Shown one piece after another: positions 1 to 14,183 of a stretch of 64,000 nucleotides of DNA. The stretch is from NCBI GenBank assembly GCA_904063045.1, contig CAJFCJ010000053.1, positions 1 through 64,000 on the forward strand, read 5' to 3'. The notes below the pieces were generated by a model. The model was not told the DNA's origin, made no database searches, and saw only the letters and a program-made list of their open reading frames with translations. Made by a program: the position numbers and the translations under genes. This stretch comes from Dimorphilus gyrociliatus (lineage: Eukaryota > Animalia > Annelida). How positions within the stretch are numbered: position 1 is the stretch's first letter; each line of letters opens with the position of its first letter.

Positions 1-2815
1 AAAAAAAGAAGTTTTTGACAAACTTTTTCTTTTTTTCATCAAGCTTTGTATAATGGACAAACTAACGCAACTTTTTCAATTACTGTTAACAAACTACCTG
101 AAACAATTTACAATTCAAAAAGTACATTTTGTATTAGAAATTATTCCAAGAAAATTCAAGTAGATTTGAAATTCATGATTTAACTTGTGAAATTGTGTAT
201 AAGGAAAATATATAAATATTTTCAAAACTGTTACTTTGGATACTAAAGAAATTCCATTAGAAATAATTGAAATATTTGTATATACTTCACCAAATGAAAG
301 AATGAATGAAATAAGTAAAAATAAAATGGAGAAATTTTTTTTTTTAATTTTTTTTCTCTTTCTTCCTTTATTCATAGCTTTATTTGATAATTTCAAGAGT
401 ATAATTGAAGAGATCAGTGTAAAAAATGAAGTTTTTAATACCACAGTGATAAATTCTTTAAAAGATGATATATATTTTAAAAATGGATTTGATAATGAAA
501 TTACATGGATAAATTCAACTTATCTTCAGATTATATTGAATATGAAAATTTACATAAATGCAGCTTGTCTAACAGGTGTTTAAAACATAATTCAATTCTT
601 ATATTGTATAGAAAATAATTTTCTTGTTAGTTATTGGAAAGACAGATGTTAATAAACTTACTGTAGGAGTTAAAAATTATCTACAAAATGGAAAAACTCC
701 TGGATATTTATTACAATTAAATGTTCAAAATATTCAAAATATTTGCTTTAATTTCCCAATAAGCTTAACTAATTACCTATTCGTATATTCGTACCAACAA
801 ACAGGATTTAAAGAAATTGATATATTTCTATTATCAAAATTAACTTTTACAAGTTTGTATTAAAATTGTTTTGTTTTTTTTTTAAAAACAAAAATTTTTC
901 TTTTTATGTCAGAAAAAATTGATAAATGTGACCAAAAAATTATTCAATTTAATTTCAATACATCAAAATATACTAATCTTCTTAAAGCATATTATATTGT
1001 TTGGATTAAAGGATTGAAATATTCTAATACTATTTTTCTATATACAAGAAAAAATCAAAATGGAGGATACGTTAAATTTTGTCAATTGATAAGTGATGTT
1101 GATCTTGTTTATAAATGTTCAAAATTGAATGATTTGATAGAAATAAGGAATGAATTTAATAGAAATTCTACTGAAATTATTCTACATATTTTGTATTAAT
1201 AAATTGATTTCAATTGAAAGATATTCTTATTTCTTCTTAAAAAAAAGAAGCTGATGTTTGTGTGGAGATGAAAATTCAATCAAAATGTTTGCTTTTTTTT
1301 TACTACTTTGTTATTAAAAATGTAAAATAAAAATAATTCTCTAGTTTAAATCAAGTTATTAGACACTAGATGGCACTACTAAAAAAGACAAAATTTTTTT
1401 TTGTTAGCATTATAGAAATAATAAAATTTGAAAATTATTAATTAATTTGTATCATTCAATTAATTGAAAAAAGATTCCTTTCTCATTTTCTTTTAGTTGA
1501 TTAGCATTTCCTTGTTCAACTATTTTTCCCTTATCCATCACAATAATTTGATCACTGTCCATAACTAACTTTTACCAACATATTTCTAACTACAACACGA
1601 ATCTAGACTGAAAAAGACTCATCATTAATCCAAGCATTAAATTACGTATATGTAAAGTATTGCCAAACAACATTGATCGATAATTGAGAAAAATTCTACT
1701 CTTATTATTCAAGCAAAATGTCTATATAATAACATATCAATTAGACCCAAATCTCTGGAAAATCTGTTCAATATTCAACTTACATTATTTTTCAGAATAA
1801 TTCATTATGAAGATATTTAGATAAAATAGTAATTGTCTTCCAACATCTAACATGAATATAAAGAAGAAGATAACAATGATTTGATAAACTGTACCAGTTG
1901 ACCATGAATTAATTTTTTAAATCATTAATTTTTGAATCCAAGTAAAATTTCATATTAAACATAAAACAAAATGAAAATAGAGAGAGAGAGAGGGGAGAAG
2001 AGAAGGAGGAGACTACCAGATTTGAAATAGTTTAAATATGTTTTCCAGGTTGACATTTCATCTGTTATTTCTTCTAATTGTTCTTTTTCTCCTCCTTTTT
2101 CTTCTCCTTTTTGCCTCCTCCTTTTCTTCCATCTCTTTTTTTACTACTATCATTTTCTTCTTGAAGATTACAATCATCTATATTTTCTCTACTTTCCAAC
2201 ACTTATGTCTAACAATTGTAATTTTTTAATTTCTTTTTATGTCCCATTATCGTCCATTGAAGAAATTTCGTCAATCATGCAAGCTTGTGTAATTATTTTT
2301 GTTAATAATTCTTTCAAGAGAATATATAATAAAAATGGAATTAAGTATCTTGTAAATAGCTGTGAAACAAAAATACAACTATTATTAAGAAAAATATTAA
2401 ATTGAATACAGATGTCATCACTGCATTTTCTACGAAAATATACCCAATATTATGTAAATTTCAACAAACTTTTTGAAGTTTTTTCACCAGGACGACAAAA
2501 TCAACAGTCTAATTCAAATAGTTTCAACTTTGGAAATTCATTTTTATACCATGTTGAAAATATGGAAAAAACTTAAAAACTAATGAAAAAGCTCTATTTT
2601 CGCCCAAAATTCAACAAATACCTACTTCATTCAGTTATTTAGTTAATATTGTTAATAATTTTTCTAGCAACTTTACTAGATTATATCAACAGTTATTGGG
2701 CTAGTCCAACAGTTACATTCCAAAAAAAGCATATTAAAGAAATTGAAAGAATTTTTTCCTTTGGAATAAATATTACCAGTTTACTATTTAATTTAATTTG
2801 TCAAACTTTTTATAA

Positions 2816-3019
2816 TCATCTTTTTTTGGAAATTGCTTCCTCTGCAATGGCATGCAAATTCCTCCAAATCTCATCCTTAAAATGCTTTTTTAGATAAGGA
2901 CATAATATCCATTTAACTGTTCTACTTGAACATTCCCAAAGACCTCCCTGATATGGTGCTCTGGAGCTTATGAAATTCCATTTTCCATTAAATTTCCTTG
3001 ACACTTGGGTGAAAGTCAC
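2816..3019 (-). pseudogene. BEL/Pao integrase core fragment
   Basis: WNFISSRAPYQGGLWECSSRTVK matches the Pao integrase W-x-F...AP...GG-x-WE motif. Confidence 0.75.
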
Positions 3020-3975
3020 TGCATTATCTGATCAAATATTTCTTATTGGTCCTGTAAATATATAATCCTTAATAGTGCAAATTGACTGCTGTTTCTGTTC
3101 AATGACTCGATCAATTATTCATATTGAAATTTCCTAATTCTCCTCCACTCATCATATTCTTAAGGCAACCTCCCATTGGCCTAATTTGTTTTTGTGCAGA
3201 TTCAATTTTTCTCTTATTCCAGAGGGAATAATTTTTTGCCTATAACTGTCAACATTTGGGAACTTCTCTGCAAATGCTCCAATTTGATGCCTGAACACAG
3301 CATGTTCTAGATAATTTCCTTTGAATTCTGCTTCCTTTTGAATTGCTTGAGATTTTATTTCTCCCAGATGATCTCCGAGAACAGACACTTCGTCATTATT
3401 AGAGAGTGTCTTTATTGACGTTATCTCCCTATCAGTATTGTCCTTTATTCAATTCTTGAAAGATCTTAAGATTAGTTTCAGAGAAACTATAATTTAAGGT
3501 GGTTTTGATGCTTTTGATTTTGAGGTCAGTGTTCAACCTACTTGTACTAAGAATCTAAGTAAAGTTTCTGTTTATATTTAAGGCTTTCATCAATCAACAG
3601 AGAGAGAGAAAGAGGAAAAAAGAAAAAGATAAAGAGAGAGCGTGAGAGGAAATGAAAAACAGATAGGGGAAGTGAAAGATAGAAAATCAGAAGTGGATTC
3701 CATCTATACCTTTATGTTAATATGTTGGACATTTCTCCAACAATTTCTCTAAGACAGCAAAGACAAGAGTTGAGATTATCATGCTTCTTTTTGATAGCAT
3801 TGAGAGGTTTGCTGAGGTGTTCAATTTAAGTTCAAAGAGTTGTAAATGATGTGCAGTAATGAAATGGAAATAAATACAATGGATACAGTCATTACTAATA
3901 AAATCTCTGATGTTCAGTAAGAGTCTTTTCAAAGTTGTATTGATCAAATGAAAAATGACCCAGACAAGGAATATC

Positions 3976-4911
3976 TTATAAATTTAGAAAAAAGCAAGTC
4001 ATAGATAATATACATGTCCTACATTTCAGTTTCCAGCATTCAGCTACATTGTGGCTGTTCGTCATGCAATTTTCACATAGTCCCAATTTTTTCACTAGTC
4101 TACCGCGACCCTCCATATCCATTCTCTTGAACTGTGGGCAATTTCTTAAAGGGTGCAGCTTTTTGCATGTGTAACACCACTGCTCTTTTTTCTTTCTGCT
4201 TTCCGTGGTCATCCTCTTATGTAGGCCTATCGCTCTTGCCAATCCTTGACATTGCACCTCAACAAATACTGCCATATCCTTGATGGATAAACTCATTTTT
4301 GCTCTTGCTTGCTCACTATTCCACTCAGCTCTCAACTGGGCATTCATATTGAATTTACTTATGACCACCAGCATTGCCTCTAATTGTCCACTATCCAAAT
4401 CATTCCAATCCTTGTAATCTCCATGCACCTCTGTCAAGATTAGTTCTTCAAGATGACAGATATTGCCATCTCTTATTCTGCCCAACCTTTCCAATCTTGT
4501 AAATGCATCAGTGCACTGATACTTTACCTCACCATATCTCAACCTAACGAATTTCATTGCACTCTTATAGCCTTCCTTAGGTGAGTATCGAAATCTTTTG
4601 ATAGCTTTCTTCACATCATTACTTAGTTGAGTGTACAGCAACTTGAATTTCTCCCATTCTTCCACATTGCCATATCTAGCCATGATGCTTTCATGCCTCA
4701 CTATGAAGCCTTCAAACATTTTGGGCTCTCCTTTGAACATGATTGTAGTGTTCAGGATCATACTTTCTCCTCTTTCTACTTTCATTGGCGTACACATTTT
4801 TTGCTCATTTGTCACCCTTTCTACTTGGGCCTCTAGCCGTTCCATTTTTTCCTGGACCATCTCCAATTGCTCACACAGTTTGTTATTCATCTTTCTTATC
4901 TCTGCTTCCAT
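3976..4911 (-). pseudogene. BEL/Pao gag (DUF1759-like region plus Cys/His zinc knuckles)
   Basis: FEGFI..., EKFKLLYTQLS...YKSAMKFVRLRYG, followed by CYTCKKLHPLRNC...CENCMTNSHNVAECWKLKCRTC, the triple knuckle pattern of BEL/Pao gag. Confidence 0.8.
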
Positions 4912-5787
4912 GCTTCTGCTGCGCCAATATACATATATTTTTTATGTCTGCTTCGACATCTCCCTTGTCTATATCGTCACTCATGTTCATTCCTTGTGGG
5001 TGTTTGACTTTGGATGAGTAATCCTTCTCGACCACCTTGAGATATTTCTTTATCTTTCTTCTGGTTTCTGCTACTTGGTCTTCCATTTCCTCAGTAAATG
5101 AATCTTGCCACTCATCCAGCAGTTTCTCTGCCGTGAAACATCTTATCTTAATCAGACCTTTCGTGTAGCATCCATTTTCCAAACCTCTCTTGGTGTGTCC
5201 CATACACCTGTTTATTGTTTCCAACTTCTTCGTTGCACTCATCTTTTCTGGGTTCTTTGCCATCACTAAATTGTTCCAGAGCCAATGATATAATTTTATA
5301 CTTTACAAGATTTTGTTTTTTGCTTGTATCATGGAATTTCAAACAATTCCATATAAAATTATATTAAAAATTCTGTTAGTCTCTCACACCGTTCTGTCAC
5401 ATTAACTCACGTTTATACTTTGCTAGCATCAATTTAATGGGTCTTTGACTGTGCTCAATTGTGGTGCCATGTATGTACCACGTCATTATTTACCAATGAT
5501 GTGACATTGGCTAACCCACTGTCCCACCTTCTGGCTAAGTAAAACTCCCTTGCTAAGTGACGCTAACAAACTAACATACATTCACTCTCATACTAACACA
5601 TAACATGCAACGTTCTGTTCATCTTCTTTTAAATTTTGATGTGATATCACGTCAACTGAACTGTCCTAAGTTTTGGCTAAGTCAAGCTACCCCTTTAAGT
5701 GACGCCAACTCACCAACATGCACACTGACATACCCTCACTGACTCAAACTAACACTAACTATATAATGATATGAAAGAACTTTTTCA

Positions 5788-5900
5788 GGGTCGGGTGCGA
5801 ACATACCTATTAGCAAATTATTTCAAATGCTGAAAACATTTTAAGAAAGGGTTAGTTTGAAGATTTGGATGGATTTATTGTTAGAGGGGCTCCAATTTAG
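5788..5900 (+). repeat. One-ended fragment of the MULE-derived MITE family
   Basis: Starts GGGTCGGGTGCGAACATACC like the 33182 TIR; the next ~100 bp match 51706-51810. Confidence 0.7.
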
Positions 5901-7665
5901 GTGGGCTTCAACCCTCACAACTTTTTCATTTACTTCAAAGTCATTATTTTTTAGTATGACATTAATTAAAGAGAAATCTAAAGATATTGAAAACCAAAAT
6001 AATCCTATTACATTTTCATTCACAGAATCTACTTTAATTTAATTCAGATGACATTTAATGATCAAACAATACTGAATATTGATGTATTAGATTAATGAAA
6101 ATCTAAAACAGATGTTATTATATTTTTATATTTTTAAAAAAACATCAGTCAATATCATTGCCTTGTTTTACCAGAAACAGAAAATGACATGTGAATAAAT
6201 ATTATCTTTATTTACTATTAATTGATATTTTTGGCATAAAATATAATCACAGAAAGAGATATATGGTTGGAAAAACCAACTATTCGTATTTTTCTTTCCA
6301 ATTGAAGGCCTATCTAGAACAAACAAGTCTACAATTTTACATATTTTGAATATTTGAAATTTACTTTTAACATACCCAGGTAAATTCTGCTAACAAACTG
6401 TGAGATTGAAGAACTTGATGACGTCAGTACATTTGATTATTATTAACAATGTAGTCTGTACATGACAACAATGACAAGAGAAACACGTGTTAAAGATAGT
6501 TGTTTCATTGTTCATTAATCATTATTTAAACATTTCAACTGCAAAAATGGTAAAATTATATATCATGCTCAAAAAGAGCCAGAGATATTCGTGATTGTTC
6601 TATTAATAATTTTATCACAGAGTTGAATTACACAAAGAGTAAATAGAGTCAGGCTTAGAAAATAGATGATTTTTTTTTTTGCATGACAATGCCAAATTTC
6701 ACAACAGCCAAGATCCAAGATCCTCTCTATATGATAGCCATCTTTATCAGCTGATTAAAAAAATACGGATGCGACAGAAAACATCCATTAAAATAACTTT
6801 TATTTAAATATAAATATATGTTGAAAAAGTAAAACTTTGAAAAAAAATATGTTAAGTATATAAATAATAAATGAAATATTCAATGGGCATTTTCAACAAT
6901 ATTCCAAAATCTTATATTAAACTTTCAACAGAATGCCAGTATTTTCCAAATATAGTGTAGTAAATAGTATTAAGATCAAGAGCCACGGCATTGAAATGGG
7001 AAATGGCATTAATGGATTAGCAAATCATATGATGAATCTTAAAAAAAGAAATTATTTTTGACAATTCAATTAAAATCTTTTGTTTTTTAATGAGGAAAAC
7101 AAAACTTACACAATTGCATGAATTACTATGAGAGTTATCAAAAGATATAATTGTCTTTTCATTTGTGGCATATTGAACAGTGTCTTAGTGAATTAAACTT
7201 AAAAAAACATACTTTTCCAACTTAAAATTAAATGTACACCATGCTTTAAAAAATCTTTGTCATTCTACATACATTCATTCTCTGTTATTGTAATCTCACT
7301 AATTCTTATTCTTTTGTCAATGTCAATATTAGGAATGATTTTGTCATCTAAGAGTTTCTTGTTACCTTTTTTAAACAATTGATGAATGTTATTTTATTGA
7401 AAAAGGTAAGCAAAACTAAAACAATTTTCTAACCCTACCTTTCAATCAATATGCAGATTTTGCCAAGTTTTTTTTTCTACATTGCTATGCCAAGAGTTAT
7501 TATTTAGATTAATTTAAAATGAATACTCAGCTTTGAAGATTTGTCCATAAGAGATTTTGTTTTTGTTTACTTTTAAATTTTTAAAAAAAGTACCAAAATT
7601 CTATGAATATGTTAACTAACTTTTATTTAATATATGGATGTTTTGTAATGGTTTTTTGTTAGCTT

Positions 7666-7865
7666 TCACCTGTTAATGAATTCACCTGTTGTCTTTATAT
7701 ATAAGATGTATCCTTCATGGTGAGTCCAATATGATTTGGGCATATTTTTGTATTTCATTACACCTTGACCAATTGAAGTTTTATAAACAAACATCTTACA
7801 TTCATTTAATTCTTGACAATTATTTCCACAAAATTCTAAAGTATTAGTTGCAGTATTGAAATTGG
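7666..7865 (-). CDS. PAN/apple-like exon, interrupted at its 5' side by a MITE
   Basis: TLEFCGNNCQELNECKMFVY shows PAN-type C-x3-C-x5-C spacing. Confidence 0.45.
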
Positions 7866-7869
7866 ATAC

Positions 7870-8064
7870 GACAGAAAACGTCCCCAAATGCATGGTTTAA
7901 CCCTAACCCTAACCTAGCCCTTGTCTCTCTCTAACCTTTTTGATTGATTCTAACCCTTAGATGGAACCCTCCTAACTACAAATCAAAAGCTACTTTACAC
8001 CTCCTAACCATTTTTCAATTGGAAATGTTGCTTTCAAAAATCTCACTTGGGGACGTTTTCTGTC
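7870..8064. mobile_element. MITE with 18-bp perfect terminal inverted repeats
   Basis: GACAGAAAACGTCCCCAA at 7870-7887 and its reverse complement at 8047-8064; internal TAACCC-like repeats; a related end near 6770. Confidence 0.75.
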
Positions 8065-8879
8065 AGCCTCAGATATTTAGAAAAAAATAATTTTCTAATA
8101 AAAAATTTTCCTTTCTTTCATCTCTTTTTCTTTTTTTAGTTTTATATAGTACACATGAACTACTTTGACTAGGACAGTCATATAGATCTTGTTAAGTAAA
8201 TTCTATATTATCAACTATATATACACTAAATGTAGACAGAGCTTTTGTGTCTGTATTGAACTATGACAATGACAATTGCAGTATTGTATTTGATAAAGAT
8301 GAAATGAATAATAATTGATATTTTTTGCATAAAATAAGTAGAATAAATCAAAATAATACAATATGTGTGATTTACAATTGATAACTATCTGGGAGAAATG
8401 TTTATACAGTGTTTTTGTCCTTAGAATATGTAGATTTGCATTGTAATCTTTGTATGAATAAAAATGGATTTTTAATTAGTACTTATCTTCTCTTCAAAAT
8501 CTCAAAAACTTCAGAATCTAAATAGAACTCAAGCTAAACACTCTCTTGAAAAAAAACTAGAATAAAATTTTCATTAAGATAATAGAAATTGGGTTTAAAA
8601 CAATTCGGAAAACGGATTCAAAATATTTTTGGAGTTAATCTCTGTCAACAAGTGTAATTTACATGAAAAAAAATCATCAAGATTACAGTTATTTAACCTT
8701 ATTTTCTGTAAAGTATAACAGAGTTTTCCCACCCGGATCAATGTTGCATTGATCATTCATTTTCATATCTCATAATAGTTTTCTCAACGTTAGAGAGATA
8801 TTCATCAATTTCCTTTGCTCTGGTTTTCTTAAACAAAAATATCATTCGTCAAAGTTGAATTGTGGGCTGTCAACTGCGC

Positions 8880-9150
8880 CATATTTGTGCTTTGTGGTAT
8901 TGTAATTGTAGGAATTTCTGCTTCTTCAGAACAGTATTCATTCTTTCCAATCATTTATCAATTTACCAAAGTACTCACACCACATAAAACCTTTCAAGTT
9001 GTCCACAAATAATCTTAAATGTAATTTCAGTAGAAATTAATCAACAAAATGGCAGTATTTCGTCTAAAGAAAATGTATTGAGTAAATGAGTTTCTAGTTC
9101 TAGACAAGTAAGTTTAAACAATCAGTTAACAGTTAAAGAACTGAACTGAC
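8880..9150. repeat. Dispersed ~270-bp repeat family A (also ~28955-29225, ~32480-32630, ~58648-58915)
   Basis: Shared GTATTGTAATTGTAGGAA...CCAAAGTACT...GAGTAAATGAGTTTCTAGTTCTA blocks; the 32480 copy is partial. Confidence 0.8.
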
Positions 9151-9195
9151 AAGCTTGGGTTCAATTGAAATATATTTTGACATTAACACAATAGT

Positions 9196-9465
9196 TTATA
9201 AGCTCTTTTCTTTTTTGAGCCACCAAAATTGCTTGAATTGAGGTTTACCTACAAGTGCTATGCCATAGGATTGAGAAGTATGACCTCCATTACTGATATA
9301 GTATTGATCATCTGTACCATTTATTATATTAAACCAAACACTAATACTATATCCTCTACTACACAATGTTGGATTATAGATGCAAGTTGATCTATTATTT
9401 TCAACTAACAGATGACAGTGCATGCCATTCATGTAAAGAGCATTTCCTTTCACACCTCTCACCAA
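9196..9465 (-). CDS. LamG/concanavalin-like domain exon
   Basis: GNALYMNG...CIYNPTLCSRGYSISVWF...YYISNGG resembles invertebrate LamG-like modules. Confidence 0.55.
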   Translation of the reverse strand: MVRGVKGNALYMNGMHCHLLVENNRSTCIYNPTLCSRGYSISVWFNIINGTDDQYYISNGGHTSQSYGIALVGKPQFKQFWWLKKEKSL

Positions 9466-9886
9466 ACTATCAAATCCACTATCAAAACTAACATACTGTA
9501 CAGCTGGATATTAAAGTATTAATAACATTTTTGATATTAAAATGCTGTTGTACAAACCATGAAATAGATTATCTAGAAAACTTGATTGAAAAATACTGAA
9601 AATTATCACAATGATCAACATTTTCGTTTTTCAAGATGTTACTGTTCATAAATCTACTGTAATTTATTAATAACACTTTCTATATATTCAGCCTATTGAA
9701 CAGTTCTTCAATATTTATTCTAGTCTTGTCAGCCTTTTTAATTTAAAGCTCTCACTTAAACATCACTCACTATCTGTAAATTTTAATTGCTTTCTATTGA
9801 TATAAGTTTTGAGTATTATTAACTCACATTAGCGCCACGGAAGAAAACTAGTTGGCTGAATAATGAATAGGCCTATCTTTCACAGT

Positions 9887-10145
9887 CTACTCTAAAGAGG
9901 CTTTGAACATTCTACAAAATTCATGCTCATCATTATGAGCCCAAGGACTTGGATGGTAAATCATCAGTGGTACTATGGTTGTATTGTAGCAGCCATGGTC
10001 TTCAATGTACCTTGCCCCCAGCATTTGTAAGTCTTTCTCTCTTTTGGGATTCTCTTCAGGGCTAGAGTTACAAACCCAATAAGTCATTTGATCCAATGAA
10101 TGTTCTCAAAAGTGATCAGAGACTAATTAATTGGATTTGTTCCTA
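9887..10145 (-). mobile_element. Diverged fragment of the GIY-YIG Penelope-like element
   Basis: DQMTYWVCNSSPEENPKREKDLQMLGARYIEDHGCYNTTIVPLMIYHPSPW aligns by eye with the 42465-43748 ORF. Confidence 0.85.
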
Positions 10146-10732
10146 TACATGATTAGCAATTCTATCCCATATAGTTCTAGTAGAGGTACACATGAACCTC
10201 TTATTTACTATCGTCTGCTATGATTGAAATACCACTAGTGTCATCTGTCTTAGGCACAAGTTGTTTACAAAAAAAAATGTGTAAAATTTTACCTACCTAA
10301 TTAAATACAAACTTTTAAACATTAGCATTTATTTCAAAAGTGTTTGTAATAAATTCTCTCCTGCAGAGCACACATTGTTTTTTCGTGATTAAACTATATA
10401 AAATAGATAATATCGCTAGTGCCATCTGGATTTAAAAAAAAAATTTATTTACTTAAAAATCGTATAAAAATTCCACTATCACAAAAGAAGGTCAAATAGC
10501 TTTCTTCCGGTTTTTACATATTTCTAAAAAAAAGACTGTTTTTCAAACATATATTTCCTAATGAAATAGTTAAGAGATTGAAGAAAATTACATTTTGAAA
10601 AAGTGACTATGTTTGAAGAATGAACACAAATTAAGAATAGTTAAATATTCAAGATAAGAAAAATCTGAAATTCTAACAAAGTTTCGCTTCACTGAATTTG
10701 AATGTGATTGGTCTATTCAAAAGAAGTACAAC

Positions 10733-13700
10733 ATGAAGATTTTTGCTATAATATCAATATATTTTATATTATCTGAGTCGTGCTACTTTCGAAATGTTGA
10801 GGTAGAAGGAGATTTCTACTTGGCAACATTTCTTGCTTTTCACACTGACGAGTATTGTACGGGACCAATTTCCGAGGCTATTTTATATCAATATGAAGCC
10901 TTATTATGGGCTGTTGAGAGATTGAACAATCATTCCTTCTTTGGCAAAGAAAGAATTGGTAACATTCAATTGTTCAACACCCTTTTGACCTTGTACTGAT
11001 GTCACCATCTTTTTTTTGATTTTTTTAGGTCTAAAGGTTTTCGATACTTGTTTCAGTAAGTTTCATACATCAAACTATCTAATCGATGATATATTGAAAC
11101 ACGACACTTTGAAAATCAATTATATAAGTTCGCTATATAATTGTTCGGATACTGAGGACAACGTCGTTGGTAATAAATATGAAATATAATTATTCTTTTG
11201 TAATTTTTATGCAAATTTTATAAATAGGAATTCTTGGACCAACTACTAGTGCTATATCCGAAACTATATCCACTTTTCTTAAAAAGACTAACACAGAAAT
11301 GGCAACTTTTGGAATTTCCGCAACATTGACTAGTCTTAGCAATGAGGAAGTATTTCCAAACTTTTTTCGAGTTGTTCCCCCGGATATAATTCAAACTCAG
11401 GTAAATTTTTGTTTTATTATTTTAAATGATTTTTAATAGTTTTATCCTTTTAGTCTCTTGCTTCATTAATGGAAAAATTTGGCTGGAATTTTATTCTAAC
11501 GATGAGTACAGACGATTCCTATGGAACGGAAGGTTTGAAAGAACTTCATGAAATATTGAAAGATAAAAAAATTTGCTACATACAATGTCCTCTTATAAAA
11601 ATTGGTAGAATTTATTGGCCCGAGTGGGGACAAAAGTTTTATGATGAAATATATGAAAAAATTAATTTTGAAACTATTGGAATTGTATTCTATGGTCAAC
11701 CGGAAACGTTTAAGACTGCTGTTGAAACCTTAGGACGAAAACTAAGAAACAAAGCTGCCAACTTAACGTGGATTGTTACTGAGAGTTATACTGAAGAAAT
11801 AAAAGATATGTCCCAAAACCCCGATTTGGCCAATTTTACTGTATTAAAACTTGAATTATCCCATACTTTAGGCCTAAAAGAGGTAAATAGATATTTACAA
11901 GAGAAATCTGGTGATACCATTATGAATCCATGGTGGGCTGAATGTCAACAGAAAAAAACAACAGGAGATTGTTCACTGAAACAATATCACAAATTTCCTC
12001 CAAAATATACCACATCTGCTCTAGATGCGCTTTATTTTTATGCCCAAGCCATAAAAAATGGGCTAAATGAGAATAAATGTAAAACATATAGACATTGTTT
12101 GGAATTGAGGAGTCATGTTATCAAATTTTTGAAAGGTGCTCAACTTGATTATATTGGTCAACAATGGAGTGAAGTTATACCTGAGGAGTTTAAAGGCAGA
12201 AATATATCACTTGACGAAACTGGTGACTTGAACTTGGACTCTAAAAATGAAATTTTGACAATTAAATCTTTTCATTTAAAAGAAACAGATGGAGAAGGTG
12301 ATATTGTTGGTTATATTTCTAAAAAACTCCTGAACTTAGCTAATGAAAAATTAACAAAAACTCTAGTTGGAAAATCACAATGTCCTGTTGGAACAAAATG
12401 TACACAGTATTGCGAAGATAATACAAAGTTAAAACACGCTTATGTTAAATCTAATGTATCTACAAAGAAGAATAAGAAGAATAAGTCCATTATCATTGCA
12501 ATACTTCCGATTAATGAGAATTCTGATAGAACAGATCCTAATGAAATTGTTAATTTGAAATGTTCAAATACTGCACGTAAAAATTCAGCTGGTTATCAAC
12601 TGTTTGAGGCATTTAAATATGCAATTGAAAAATATTCTACCAATTTGGAAGGTATAGCATTCGATGATTGTTACAATCCTCTTCGGCCAGCTAAAATATT
12701 TACTGATTTGCTTTCTGGTGAGGTAGCTGCCATAAACATAAAAGGAGAGCGTGTTACAGTCAATAAAGATGATGTTATAGCTATTATAGGGACGGAGAGT
12801 AGTGATGTAACAAGAAATATTGCCCCGTTTGCTGAACAACTGAAAGTTGTTCAAATTTCATTTGGAGCAACTGCAGTTGTATTTGATAATAAAAAATTGT
12901 TTCCCAACTTTTTAAGAACTGTTCCATCTGATTCTGCCCAAGCTGAAGCTATGGTAAAAGTTGCTGTAAAGCTAAACTGGAAATGTGCATGCATTATTCA
13001 CACTACAAACCTATATGGTAATGGGGGAGCTGAAAAGCTTGAGGAATATGCCAAAAAATATGGAATTTTCATATCTTTTAAACGTAACTTTACAAGTCAA
13101 AATGAAAATGAGCCTTCAGGTTATGAGTATACACAAATAATTACTAAGCTTCAAGATGAAAACTCTCCACACCAGATCTTTTATTTCGGCGATAATCAAC
13201 CAGTTAAAGGCTTACTTGAAGAATTGAAAAAAATAAAGGATTGGAAAAAATTCCTTTTCATAGCAAGTGAGTCATGGGGCGATAGTAAGTCAGTAGTTAA
13301 GGGATCTGAAGGTGCTGCAGAAAATGCTATAACAATAAAAATAAATTCTCCAACAGGGAAAGATGTGAACAAAAATTTGGACAAATATCTAGATAATATA
13401 ACTTTTAAATTTCATAAAAATGTGAATAATCCATGGTACAATAAATTTTATCAAAAGATAAATGAGTGCTATCTACAAGAAAGTTGGCAAAAACCATTGA
13501 ATGCTAAGGAATGTGCTCTTAACATATCACATTCGAAAGTCGACAGAAGTGGTCGTCAATTTTGCTATCATGTTATAACAAGTGTTATTGCAGTTAACGA
13601 AGCTGTAAAGTTAATAAATGCCCGCGGTGATCAAAAAAGTGCCGCTGAATATAAAGAGTATTTGAGACAAGAAAAACCGTTTTTAAAGATTTTTAAACAA

Positions 13701-14183
13701 GCTGAACTCCCGAATACGAAGGCTAAAATATTTAATGAGGATGGTAATGGTAAATCACTGTATTCACTTTACTATTACACCAAAAAGGATAAAAACACAT
13801 ATGAATACACACATATTGAAAGTCTAGATTTCGATATAGGCATCATCAAACAGAATTATAAAGTGGTTAATCAATGTAAAGATCCGCCTCTCCCTTCTCG
13901 AAACGTATTACTCTTAGTTATCATTGTGATGTCTTGCGCAATGGGAGTAATTGTTCTAATTGCTTGTTCTTTCGGAATATATAAAATTGTATCGTTTTTT
14001 TCTCGCACAAGACGCCCAAAAGAAGTAATCAGAAATCAAACAAACTTGGAAATTCACAACTGGATTAGTCAAACGAATGACATGGCTAGACCAAATCATC
14101 AATTGCGTGGAGATGATGATTCTATAGCATTCGAAAGTGTTGTTCATTCGGCTCCAAGTGATACGAAAGTTAGTTTTATCTGA
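10733..14183 (+). CDS. Single-pass membrane receptor with two tandem Venus-flytrap (ANF-receptor / mGluR-like) domains
   Basis: Exons 10733-10958, 11030-11169, 11228-11400, 11454-14183 join in frame across GT-AG introns of 71, 58 and 53 bp. Signal peptide; two VFT motif sets (GILGPTTS...FPNFFRVVPPD and IIGTESS...FPNFLRTVPSD); one hydrophobic helix; tail ending VSFI. Confidence 0.85.

Larger units (their letters stand above)
2816..5342 (-). mobile_element. Degenerate, internally deleted BEL/Pao LTR retrotransposon (gag and pol/integrase remnants)
   Basis: Frameshifted gag pieces (5148-5342, 4883-5266, 3976-4911), a pol-like remnant (3152-3388) and an integrase remnant (2816-3019), all on the minus strand in gag-to-int order. 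LTRs were not confidently located. Confidence 0.8.

Noticed and set aside
236-1199. Three short plus-strand ORFs
   Set aside because: No recognisable motif or clear splice structure; could be a decayed gene but cannot be supported.
5380-5770. Possible LTR of the BEL/Pao element
   Set aside because: Only a local imperfect duplication is visible; no matching second LTR, PBS or TSD was found.
7898-7914. TAACCC repeats as a telomere-addition junction (also ~28215 and ~31225)
   Set aside because: At 7898 they lie inside a MITE with TIRs; the others are degenerate and not at recognisable element ends, so they were not counted as evidence.
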